Origin: Schizochytrium sp. TIO01
Lineage: Eukaryota > Protista > Bigyra: Labyrinthulomycetes
Assembly: GCA_004764695.1 (NCBI GenBank)
Contig: SMSO01000035.1
Span: 4,600,040-4,664,039 of the forward strand
Direction of reading: 5' to 3'
Length of the DNA: 64,000 bases
A model generated the notes under the pieces. It saw only the letters and a list, made by a program, of their open reading frames with translations. It searched no databases and was not told the DNA's origin. A program made the translations under genes and the position numbers. Of the stretch, positions 1-10,821 are shown one piece after another. Positions within the stretch are counted from its first letter, which is position 1, and every line of letters starts with the position of its first letter.

Positions 1-1153
1 GACTTTCATAAGAATAAAGAAAGAGAATCGAAGGAGAACGTGTTTAAGTCTGAAGCAGAGCGATGTAATAGGTAACTACAACTTACTTAGCAGTAGGAGT
101 TACATTGCGTTTGGTTAGGAAAGGAAAAGAAAGATTTGTGACTAAAAAGAACGGCATAGCATGAAAAGAGTCTGCAAAAAGAAGAACAGAGTAAGAAAGT
201 TAAAAATAAAAGGTTTTTGAAGATCACATCGTCAATCGAATTTCAATTTTCAAATCAAACTTGCATGAGCAAGAACCGTGGAGACATTGACGATAACCGC
301 GGCGCCGATCAGAAGGCTTGGGGACAGACGAGAGAATCCTGCAGGGTCGTGGAGAAAGGCACCGAGAAGACCTGTCGCACTTACAGCCTTCCAGCGTCTG
401 CTGTCAGGGCTCTCGCAGCATCGGAGCCAAGCCGCGTCTGGATGGCGTCAACAGCGCGTGCTTGCTCATCATCAACATCAGCGGCATAGAATACGACTCC
501 GTCAAGGAGTTTAGTTGAAATACAAAGCTATTTGCATTTGGGAGGCGGCTCTGCGCCGAAAATCACTTCAGAACGCCTTAGCGAAAGTACGCGGGATCAA
601 GCTTGAGCTCCGCCTTGGCTTGGCTTTCTTTGGCTCCTTCAATTCTTGTCTTTTGGTTACTCTTTGTTTTGTTTGTTTTGTTTGTTTGTTTGTTTGTTTT
701 AAAATTGTTTTCGCTGTTCTGTTTCTTTTGGACTGAGTTGAAAACCTCGCTGCAGACCCCCTTTGACTTCGACTTCGTTTCCGTCTTCAGCTTCGTTTCT
801 GTTCACTCTGCGCCGACAGGGCCGGGACCAGCAGCTGCCAGCAAGGACCTCGGGCTTGCAAGAGTTTTGACGCAGCGTGCAACAAGAGTCTACAGCGAGT
901 ACTCTCGTTCAAAGCGTGAAAGACGGTTCGAGGGTCACTAAACACAAACAGGTCTTCTTTTCACTGCTTTTCGTTGCGCGCTTTGCTTTACTTTGGTTAA
1001 CGCAGTTCCCCTGAGTTTGGAGGGCGGGCCACGCAGCCAAGTCGACGTTGATTCTACGCATTGCGTGCTGGGGCGTGGAGTAGATAACTGAGAAGAAGAT
1101 AAGTGACCGCGTGAATTGTGAACATCAACATCATCAAATTTGCAGAGGCATCG

Positions 1154-1972
1154 ATGCGGGGGGTAACTCGCAGCGATGAGGGATTTGCGGGCGGCATGTT
1201 GGTTGGAGGTCGTGGAGATGTAGCAATGCTGGGGATGCGATCCGAACGGAAAAGGTCGCGCTCAACCTCGGGACTGCTCAAGGAGGCCGACGGAAGCAAC
1301 ACAGTGCTTGGCACTCGTGACGCTTTCAGCACCGGCGCTGGTGTGCTGATTGGGCTCTCGCTATTTGCAAGAAACCACTCGGACTTTCTAGCAGGATCCA
1401 CAGTACTCCTGCTCCTGCTCAGAGCACTATCCACACCGGAGGTGCTAGATATGGAAACACAATTCTCAAATTACAGACTCTACGTACCAAGGTCATTCAT
1501 CCGTTTCGTGCACCTGGCCTGTGTTTGGCCTCTTCTGTGGACTGGTATGTGGATGATTGCGAGCTCATCGCGCTGGGCCTTTATGCTTACTATGTTTTAC
1601 GTGGTTTTTTATGTGTTAGCAGAACGCTCCATTGTGGGACTCACATCAGCAGCACTTGTAGCGGGTGTGTACGCCAGCTCACTAGTGGTCATTAAGCAAA
1701 TTGACAACCCATTCGAGACTGGTGCATGGATACATGTGGCACTATGGGCTTTGCAGTTTGTGGTCGAGGTCAGTGTCGAAGGCTGGGTCAACACCTTTCA
1801 TGTTCTTAATCTCATGCGTCGGCATCTTTTACAAATTATCCTGATGACACCACTTTTCACTACCATTGAAATCTTCCTTGCATTAGGCTTTAGGAAAGAT
1901 TTCGCCCGCAAGGTGCGCGCAAATGTGACCGGCATGCGACGCGAGCTCAAGTCTGAAATGCATGAGGATTAA
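1154..1972 (+). CDS. Mpo1/DUF962-like ER membrane protein (divergent, conserved His residues partly lost)
   Basis: ORF 1118..1972, first ATG at 1154. The C-terminal half matches the Mpo1/DUF962 pattern: LDMETQFSNYRLY...VHLACVWP...WALQF...LLQIILMTPLFTTIEIFLALGF, with several hydrophobic helices. Confidence 0.65.
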   Translation: MRGVTRSDEGFAGGMLVGGRGDVAMLGMRSERKRSRSTSGLLKEADGSNTVLGTRDAFSTGAGVLIGLSLFARNHSDFLAGSTVLLLLLRALSTPEVLDMETQFSNYRLYVPRSFIRFVHLACVWPLLWTGMWMIASSSRWAFMLTMFYVVFYVLAERSIVGLTSAALVAGVYASSLVVIKQIDNPFETGAWIHVALWALQFVVEVSVEGWVNTFHVLNLMRRHLLQIILMTPLFTTIEIFLALGFRKDFARKVRANVTGMRRELKSEMHED

Positions 1973-3209
1973 GAGTAGCTAGCCTTGTTCGATTGGCTGC
2001 TACTTGTTTAGTTAGGTAGCTGCCAGAGCACATGTATACACATATATACACACATACACACGCAAGGAGGTCCCATTTCACAGGTACCAAAAGCATTGCT
2101 ATTTCTTTTGCTCCTTTTTCTCATGTGTGGTAGCTAGCTCAAGGACACCCAACGTCCCTAACGCAATTCGACCCCCTTTTTCCATAGGCCCATGTACACT
2201 TTTGTTTGAGGAGAATTCTTTGCGCAGTATGCCCAATGCACCCTCCTGATTCCCTCTGGTAAATCAAATGTGCAGATCGTAAACGGCACTATTTCCATAT
2301 AAACTTTAGATGGGCTACCTTCTTTGCCCGTGCAAGGTTCCAAACTCATCGGAACAACATTACCCACGCTGACTCACATGTCACTACACTTTGTACAATC
2401 ATCTTTTATTCTCTTGCATAAATTCCATGGCTGACGAAAAACCTGTGACATTTTTCAAACGTCCTTTTCGACTGGCTGCTTAAATTATTTTAACAAAAAA
2501 AAGAAAATGTAGCTCACTGTTCATATCAAGACACTTTATATACATTCTTCTAACACCCTACGACTATAAACAAAGCTTCATCGATGCGAGGAACAAAATC
2601 TCCATCCTCAAACTTGTCGAGACTGTATTCTCCACCGTGTAAGTGACCGACCTGTGATTTGAGAATACTAAAGTGTAGCGCGCACAAAACCATCCGTAGC
2701 AGCCATTATTAATTTCATCTTAACTGGGTACTACTGCGCATAAAGCGTAAGGGGGTCCGATGGTCCAAAATCGATAGCGAGCGTCTCAGTATCGTCACTG
2801 TTGTCTTAACAATCAATGGCACGATCTGGAGCTGTAGTAAGGTGACATACAGTGAATAGATAAAATGTCAGCGGCGGGGGAGGGGGGGAGGGGTTACTGT
2901 TAAAACTCTTGCAAGGCATGCTTGTCCATAGCTCATAAATGTCAGCTTATCATAAATACATTAAGTCTTAGTTTCTTCTTATGGAAAGGGATCGTAAGTA
3001 TCACACAAGTTCTCAGGTTTGTGACGGATTTCAGGTAATTAAATAGCCTTGACATGCGCAAAATAAAACATGTCTGCTTCGAACACTTCACATCAACAGA
3101 ACGATCCGTGCATAAAGAGAAAGATATCCAAGTCATACAAAAATAGTGTCAAAGGCAAGGCCACTAGGAGAGAAGTACTTTGATTTGAAATAGCTTTGAA
3201 ATAGCCATA

Positions 3210-4196
3210 TTACTTGGAAGACGCTTCGTGGAGTAACGCAGCAATCTTTTTGCTGCTAACACTAAGCACTAAGGACTCTCCATCCTCCTCACTCTTAGGA
3301 TCTGGGTCAGCTCCATATGCACGAACCAAATGGCATGCAAGGTCCACATTATCGTTCATGAGTGCATACACAAGCGGCGTGTAGCCATCCACATCCTTAG
3401 CGTCAACATAAGCGCCAAGGCCAACCAAGGCGTCTACCATATCGCGGTCTCCGCGATCCGCAGCCATATGAAGCAGCGTGTCGCCATCCTCACCAGTAGC
3501 AGCGTCCATAAGATCTGGTTTCGCCTTGAGCACCTTCACGAGCTCCTGAAGGTCGCCACGGCCGGCCAGTGCCATCAGTCGTTCCGCAGAGGTTTGATCT
3601 TCTTCAGGCTTATCCTCCTCCATCGCAAATGTACTGACACGAGGTGCCATGCCACCGTCGGCAGCACCTCCAGAATTAGATTTTGCAGCAGAAGATTTTG
3701 CAGCAGCATCTGCAGCACCTTCAGGAGTTCTCCAGCCAGGAGCAAGGTTGTTCACAACCTCGACATAAGCCTTGCGAGCCTGAGAAGGATTTGCCCCACG
3801 AACAGAGTTCCATGCTTTCCATTTAGCAGCACGAACGAAATCCAACATCGAAGGTTTATCATTTGGGTCGCAGTCGCCGACAGAAGCCTGCTTGAACCAG
3901 GCGTACAACGAAAGCTGCGACTCGTTTGAGAGCCCTCCAAGCGTCCCTGCAAAGGCAGCGGCCGCCTGAAAATCCTCCTCAGAAACCTCTTCGTCAGAGT
4001 TGTCAGAGTTCGTAAGACTCTTCTGCGGCGGCTTTGGGGACGAGCGTCGGGCAGAGGAAGCGTGGAATAGATAGGCAGCCGTGGAGGCGATGATTCCGCA
4101 GGCAACAATAGAGCGTCGGTCGGACGTAAGGCCGCTCGCGCAAGCCGCAACCACAGCGCCTGCGAGGCCTGCAGTAGCAAGATCCATGGCGCTCAT
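3210..4196 (-). CDS. ACBP: Acyl-CoA-binding domain protein with N-terminal hydrophobic anchor and C-terminal ankyrin repeats
   Basis: ACB motifs LSLYAWFKQASVGDC and KWKAWNSVRG...ARKAYVEVV. Ankyrin motifs GDTLLHMAADRG and GYTPLVYA. Confidence 0.93.
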   Translation of the reverse strand: MSAMDLATAGLAGAVVAACASGLTSDRRSIVACGIIASTAAYLFHASSARRSSPKPPQKSLTNSDNSDEEVSEEDFQAAAAFAGTLGGLSNESQLSLYAWFKQASVGDCDPNDKPSMLDFVRAAKWKAWNSVRGANPSQARKAYVEVVNNLAPGWRTPEGAADAAAKSSAAKSNSGGAADGGMAPRVSTFAMEEDKPEEDQTSAERLMALAGRGDLQELVKVLKAKPDLMDAATGEDGDTLLHMAADRGDRDMVDALVGLGAYVDAKDVDGYTPLVYALMNDNVDLACHLVRAYGADPDPKSEEDGESLVLSVSSKKIAALLHEASSK

Positions 4197-6688
4197 AGGA
4201 GTAGAGCTAAAACTTCAACGCGACTATTACGGATGCAACTATCGAAGATGATGATACTGTTTCTGTTGCTGCTCCCGAGTTCAGGCGAATAAGGGTATAA
4301 TCGATGCTCTTGAAGAGTTTGGTATTTGGTGTTTCCTTCGACGCCGTTTTTGATAGATACACATATATATATATATATATTATATTATTTTATATAATTT
4401 TTTTAAAATTAAAGATTGAAAAAAAGAAGAAGTTAATTCTCTGTACCTATGAAAACGTTAGAACTTTCCACTATTTCATATAAATGATACACTTTAATTA
4501 TTTGGGTTTTTGTTAAGACGTGGAGGTAGGTAAGAAAATGGAATGGCCAAGGAATCGCCATACAAATGAACCAAACCTTCAACTCAAATGATCAGAGAAC
4601 CTGTAACCAGAGGTTTGACGTCTCAACAAGTGCTTCCCCGGAGGCAATCGCATATACGCAAGTGACGACTTTGAGCGCACCTATGGCTGCGGTTTGCTCT
4701 GGCGGTCCTAAGCAACGCAGCACTAACTGTACCATTATCAGCAGACCAGAGTAGGCAAAAAGAAAATCTCAATTGCCAGATTGGTGACTTATCCAGACGC
4801 CTCCGCCATCAACAAAGACATCGGGGCCGGGGCCAACTTAAACATACTGGGCTTGCGCGCCCTATTGGAGGACTACTGAGATTCTCCGCAAGCTTCTGTG
4901 ATATCTACCGTGTTATACTTTTGCCCAAACTTTGAAACCCCCAAAAATTAACAAGATGGATCAAAATCAAGACAGCTCGAATGGCGTGTCGTTAAGCGCG
5001 CTCATTCATAAAGCCGAACACTCCTCCTGCCAGTGACGTGAATGGCTGTTTGTCGAGAGAATTGCACTTCAAAACCATGCAATGAATGTGATACCATCTA
5101 CGAGCAGCTCGGAATATCCAAGGTTCCAAATGCCTCAAATTCCAACACGTAGCCGATCGTGATATCCACGCCACCAGGGACATCCTTTTGCGCTACCTGT
5201 CCAAGGAAAGGATGTAATATTTGTCTTTAAGTCGCGGTTCAGTTTGAAACCAACGATTGGACCTTACATCGCTTTGTCACCAATTTTTATTCTCAAGTTG
5301 TGCAAACTTTATAGGCTGTTCTATCTTACAGCTTAATAAATTATGTGAGTTTTCGGGTCTTTGATTGGGGTGTCATGAACTTCTTCTTAGGCTCTCCTGC
5401 AATGCATAAGTTTTACGATGAGTTCCGTCACATCTACCGAAGTTTCATCTGCATTTGGCGCCGTCACTATTACCGATATTAATCGCGAATTCAATTGTGA
5501 AAACCCTGTATTCTTTCTAGGACTGTCAAATTCGATTCCCTGAGAAATTCCAGTTTCCTGAACCATGAATATTTGTCAATCGTCTGGGTGAGTCGAGGGA
5601 AATGCAAAGACCAATACTTCAGACGTCAGCTATCACACAGAGTAAAAGTCAGCAGATTAGCTATGGTCGTAAAACGATGCTTGTTGCATCCAAAAGCCCA
5701 TAAATTTATTCATAGATAGTTCTTCTGGACACAGTTTAGGCCTCGGCTTGCCGACATCGACTTGAAATGCACATTCTTAATCATTCTACTTGAAACGTGC
5801 TGCGAAACTCTGTATAGAATACTTTTTCCGAAGCTGAAGAAGTGGCTCTTTGCGGCATGATTCTGCATTTGTCATCAATGATCGTCAGTATAAAGACGAG
5901 AAAAATGAGAACTCATTTAGATAGCTTCGCTTTGAATTTACCTACCCCGATATCTACAAGGTTACACTGATAAGCTTGAAGACGGCTGTGTCGACCAACA
6001 AAGAGAGCGTCTCTATCTCAGGTTTCCTTTATTTCTTTCAAGTTCTTCGGCGTGCTCTTTAGGCAAGTTCTTTGTTTCTATCTTTCTTTCTTCTGGGTTC
6101 TTTTATTTTATAAGTTCTTTGTTTCAAAAAGTCATAGATATAAAACAGAACAAAAAAACGTTACTTCTTGAAAGTTCCTTATTAGTAGAAGAAAATCGGA
6201 GTTTCACTTTTATGCCAGTTTCGTTTCGTATAACACTGCGCGATGAGAGTCTTTATACTTTGTGCCAAGCTGCGTGGCATGGAGTCTATGTCCACGAGCC
6301 AAGCGTACCGATTACTCATTTTTAAGGGCTCCACGCAGCGCATGAATGCAGGAGGGAGTTCTGCATATGCCGTTCTATTCTAAGTGTAATTTTATTAAAA
6401 GGACTTCCTTTGAAATCTATATGAAAAGCATAACTCACAAATCACAGCAGAACGGAATCGCGGCCGAGCACAGCAGTCATCACTATCGACGCCACCGCCA
6501 CAGAAGTGGAGCGCGGCGACTGCGAACGTAGGTGCACCTGCGGCGAAGCTCGTGCCTCCATAGCAGTGAGGAGCCTGTGCTCCAACTGTGACGAGTGAGC
6601 GCCTCGTGGACGATTCCTGTTGTCCTTTTCTTGTGTTCTTGGTCTTGAAGTTCGCCTACAACTCCGTCGTGAGAGTCGAGACCAAACG

Positions 6689-9205
6689 ATGCTGAAGCTC
6701 GATGGTGCTGCGCATCGGCGCTCTGTGGACATGGTCGTGGTCGGCGACCAGGGTTGCGGCAAGACCTCACTCATCACAACGCTCGTGAGCGCTATCTTTC
6801 CCGAGTCCGTGCCTCGCGTTTTGCAGCAAGTACGCGTCCCCCCTGAAGAGACCGCCGACGGCATCGCACTCTCGATTACTGACACGAGCTCTGCTCCAGA
6901 AGATCGAAGCCAAACGATGAAGCAAGTTGCACAGGCCGATGTGGTCGTGGTCGTGTACAGCTCTGCAGAAGAGCCTACATTCGCTCGCGTTCGCAGCTAT
7001 TGGTTGCCTGAAATCACCAAGGTCTTCGAGGGCTCCATTGTGGTCGTAGGCAACAAAAGTGACCTTCTTGCAAGGTCTGGGGAACATGCCGAAGAGCTAC
7101 GCGGCAAAATGACTCCGGTGCTTGACGACTTCAGGCAGGTTGATGCTTGCACAGAGTGCTCTGCGAAACTGAACATCAATGTCTCGGATGTCTTCCAGCT
7201 CGCACAACAGGCCGTAGTGTATCCAATTGCGCCGCTCTTTGAGACCAAGACTAGGGAGCTCACTTCGAGATTTGTTGGATCCCTGCGACGCATCTTCCGC
7301 ATTTTTGACCAGGACAAGGATGATGTCCTCTCTGATACCGAACTCATTGACTTTCAAGAGTCCTGCTTCGGAGCGAGATTGCAACCCACAGACATTGAGG
7401 ACGTCAAAACTATGCTCGAATCGGATGGTCCTGATAACGTATTGCCGTCAGGAATCACATTCCAGGGCTTTCTTCGTATTCATAAAAAGTTTATTGAACG
7501 CAATCGTGCGGAAACTGCGTGGCTTGTGCTCCGTCAGTTCGGCTTCAACGACCGGCTCAAGCTCATGGTGCCACGCAAAGTTGTAGCACTTGAGCACGTA
7601 GATCGTTCACGTACAAGGACTCAAAATTTTGCAGGATCTGTGAGAGATCGCTCTGTAGAGCTCAGCAAACAAGCGCAAGCGTTTCTTGCGGACATTTTCC
7701 ACCAATTTGATAAGGACAAGGATCAAGCACTCTCACCGCTCGAGCTTGAGGACCTTTTCTCCATTTGCCCGAACGGCATGCGGCCTTGGACCGCCTCGCG
7801 CTTGGCTAACATGCTTGCGGATGATGCAGGCGCCGGCACATCCCGTTTGCAACAGCACGCAGACGGCGGAGATACAGACTGCACCACGCGAGGAAACGCG
7901 GCGGGTGCAGATCCAAACGAGCTTATCACAGTTGAGGAGGCGCTGCGGTGCGGACCTCCACCTGCTGCACTAGGATTTATTGATGACTTTCCGTATGGCA
8001 CACGAACCGATGCCAATGGCAATGTGACGCTTGGCGGCTGGCTTGCAGAGTGGCACATGGTGACCCTCTTACAGCCGCATCTCACGCTGTTGTTCCTTTA
8101 CTTTCTGGGATTTGACAGTGGCAAAGAGCAAGCTCTTGTCAGCACTCGGAGCAGAGCTGTGGAGAACATGAACAATGACTTGCAGCGGCATACGGTTCGT
8201 GCTTTTGTTTTTGGTGCACACGGTGTTGGCAAATCTACTCTTCTGGATGCACTCTCAGGATCGAGTACTGCACCTCCGCACTCTACTGGAAGCATGGATC
8301 CGATGCGCCAGAACCAGTCGAACTACACCTTTTCATCTGAGTTTAATCTTGACGATGATGCACGTCGAAAGCGCTCGTGCAGAAATGTTGTCGGTCGTGT
8401 GCGAAGCAAATCATCTGGCACAACTGGAGGAAATGGAGCCTCTGCCCCGTCCCCAGCGAGACACTTTGTGCTTACAGAGGTCGCCGCAGAAGATGATGCA
8501 CTTGAAGAAGCTCTCGCCAACCAGATGGTGGACTGTGACCTTGCCATTATGATGTTCGATAGCACCAACCCTTCCTCCGTAGATTGGCTCGCTGGGTTGC
8601 AAAAACGCATCCCAGAGACTGTTCCCTTGGTATTTTTAGCGACTAAAATTGATTTGGCTGAGGCAGAGCGCATTTTGAGCGAGTCGCAAGGCCCAAAGAG
8701 CGCAGCAAAGGCAAAAGCTCGGATGGCCGAAGAGATGAATGGCCAAGGTACACCTCTCTCACAAGCTATCGAGGAAGCCACAATGCTTTGCGCTGCTTAC
8801 AGCCTGCCAAACCCTGAGCCTGTAGCTCTAGTTTTGCCCAAGAACCGCTTGCGCCTTGGCAAGCTCTTTGAGCTTTTATTAAGTGCTGCTCTGCGCCCTG
8901 ACCTCGCACGGCCGGTTTCTGAAGAGAAACGGGCTCAACAGCGTCGCCAGCGCTTGATCCGTTCGAGTCTTCGAATTTCTCTCGTTAGTTCCATTTTGGT
9001 AGGCGTTGGTATTCTCGTTTATTCATTTATGGGAAGTGGCAGCAGTAGTCAACCGCCAGACTCCTCGTCTACCAGCGCCAACGCAAGTACAAATGCAGGG
9101 CCACCCCTTGCTAGAGCTCCAGCAGCCTCTCGATACGATTATGACTCCTTTCAAGCCCGCTCCGCAGCATCTTCAGCTGCGCGCATGACAACATCATCAT
9201 CATAA
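6689..9205 (+). CDS. MIRO: Mitochondrial Rho GTPase (Miro/Gem1)
   Basis: ATG at 6689. N-GTPase with GDQGCGKTS, NKSD and CSAK. Two EF-hands (DQDKDDVLSDTEL, DKDKDQALSPLEL). Second GTPase with GAHGVGKST and TKID. C-terminal TM ISLVSSILVGVGILVYSFM. Confidence 0.95.
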   Translation: MLKLDGAAHRRSVDMVVVGDQGCGKTSLITTLVSAIFPESVPRVLQQVRVPPEETADGIALSITDTSSAPEDRSQTMKQVAQADVVVVVYSSAEEPTFARVRSYWLPEITKVFEGSIVVVGNKSDLLARSGEHAEELRGKMTPVLDDFRQVDACTECSAKLNINVSDVFQLAQQAVVYPIAPLFETKTRELTSRFVGSLRRIFRIFDQDKDDVLSDTELIDFQESCFGARLQPTDIEDVKTMLESDGPDNVLPSGITFQGFLRIHKKFIERNRAETAWLVLRQFGFNDRLKLMVPRKVVALEHVDRSRTRTQNFAGSVRDRSVELSKQAQAFLADIFHQFDKDKDQALSPLELEDLFSICPNGMRPWTASRLANMLADDAGAGTSRLQQHADGGDTDCTTRGNAAGADPNELITVEEALRCGPPPAALGFIDDFPYGTRTDANGNVTLGGWLAEWHMVTLLQPHLTLLFLYFLGFDSGKEQALVSTRSRAVENMNNDLQRHTVRAFVFGAHGVGKSTLLDALSGSSTAPPHSTGSMDPMRQNQSNYTFSSEFNLDDDARRKRSCRNVVGRVRSKSSGTTGGNGASAPSPARHFVLTEVAAEDDALEEALANQMVDCDLAIMMFDSTNPSSVDWLAGLQKRIPETVPLVFLATKIDLAEAERILSESQGPKSAAKAKARMAEEMNGQGTPLSQAIEEATMLCAAYSLPNPEPVALVLPKNRLRLGKLFELLLSAALRPDLARPVSEEKRAQQRRQRLIRSSLRISLVSSILVGVGILVYSFMGSGSSSQPPDSSSTSANASTNAGPPLARAPAASRYDYDSFQARSAASSAARMTTSSS

Positions 9206-9716
9206 CATAGACTTTTTTTCTTCTTTTCATACCCTTAAGACAACATCTTTTAAGTCATCCGGCTATAGAAGCTGTCTCAGAAATCATGGGGCATAGAATG
9301 ACAGTTTCGAGACAGTACTACATCTCACATACAAACCATTTTTGGAATTTCTTGTTAATCTTTGCTAGTTTGAAAGAATCACATTCGAAGAGAGAAATTG
9401 AAGATTACTGCCCTCAGGGGGGGGTTCTATTTATATCTTCTCGTAAATGAAAATTGATCATGCTGCCATGGTCGAGGCCAAAAAGTATCATCATATCACA
9501 CTATAGGTAGTCAGGTAGTAGACAAATAGCGTTATCATTCTAGCAAGAGATGCGCAGCATAGCGAATAAGGAAAAGGGCAACAGTAGTCTATGATATCGA
9601 GCAACTTTGTATAATAATAGGTACACTAATCTTACTATAAAAAGAAAACTAAGCCACTCGACTTGCTACTCAGCACACATATAATTTTCGTCATATAGTG
9701 TGTGGATTCGACACAT

Positions 9717-10821
9717 TTAAACAAACATGCGCCGGCGGTGCTTCTGTTGAAGGGAACTCAGGGATGAGCCGCGTTGCTCAACACTGGTGTGCAAATCTTC
9801 AAGCTTCGGAGTTCTGGACATCAATAGCATGCTGCTGCTCCAAAGCCATCGCTCCAAGGTTGTTCATTTTATTTAGCATAAGATCAAAGTTCTTGTTCAT
9901 CAGGTCGTCAAGCGACTCTCCGCCATCTTTTTGAGATGTTACTTGCGTAGTCGGCTTATTGAAGAGGATCGTATCGTTGTCTGTAGTGACATTCTCCAGA
10001 CCTTCGGATGGGGTTTCACCATTGCGTGATAACGTAGGGGCAGAAGGAGTTGTAGCTTTGTTCAGGGTATCAACAGATGCCTCAGTTCCTGAAGCTGCAG
10101 CTGCTTTGATTGCCTCATCTCTCTTGCGATCAGTGCGCTTTCCGGAGGCAAACTGTGAAAGCATTGTGTACCATCCAAAGTACTCCTTGGGATCAGCGCA
10201 GCGCAATGGCCACTTGCTCTTGCCTGACTTGACCAGAATCTCAAGTTTCTCGCGTTCTCCAATAATTTCCGCGCCTTTTAGGTAGAGCATCCCGCGAGGG
10301 TTTTCAAAAGTTGTAGCGGTCATCTTGACTCCAGTGCTGTCAAAATACATGAGCTTACCGCTGACAATAACAAAGTAACGCTTCTTATAACCGGGCATAT
10401 GATCACGCTTCTTGAGTAGAGGACCGCTCCAGTCAGCGGCACGTCCGAACTTCTCCTCGAAGAGTTTGCTCTGCTTCTTGAGCCGCAAAAACGCGAGAGG
10501 CGAAGCAATTTTTTGCAGCACTGTGTCTGCATAAAAGATGTCGCGTTCCATGGCATCCAAGTCCACAGCGACACCATCAATGATCTCACTCTGCTCCGCG
10601 AGCTTCTGCAAGGTTCCGGCGGCCACCTGCTCAGTCTGGTCCAACGTCGCGATGGATCTCTGTTGAGAGGCAAGTACCTCTTGCTCGAGCTTCCGTGTTT
10701 CATCCTGAATCTGCTGCTGAGTCACATTACGAGCCTCCTCATCACCATCCTTCGGCTGAGGTCTGTTTAGCAGCGCGTGAAGTGCCTCTGAATTGAAGTT
10801 GTTGCGGCTATAGTCGTCCAT
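9717..10821 (-). CDS. SNAP-25-like (Qbc) SNARE with internal PH domain; apparent +1 frameshift at ~9807 in the last SNARE helix
   Basis: ATG at 10821. N-terminal SNARE helix (SQQRSIATLDQTEQVAAGTLQKLAEQSEIIDGV). PH domain (SGPLLKKRDHMPGYKKRYFVI...LMYF...W). C-terminal SNARE helix (MNNLGAMALEQQHAIDVQN) stops at TGA 9799-9801, but continues in the +1 frame as KLEDLHTSVEQRGSSLSSLQQKHRRRMFV to TAA at 9717. Confidence 0.75.

Noticed and set aside
5520-5560. TTCGATTCCC T-loop-like motif as a tRNA (also GGTTCGAAT at ~42518)
   Set aside because: No cloverleaf or acceptor stem could be built around either motif.
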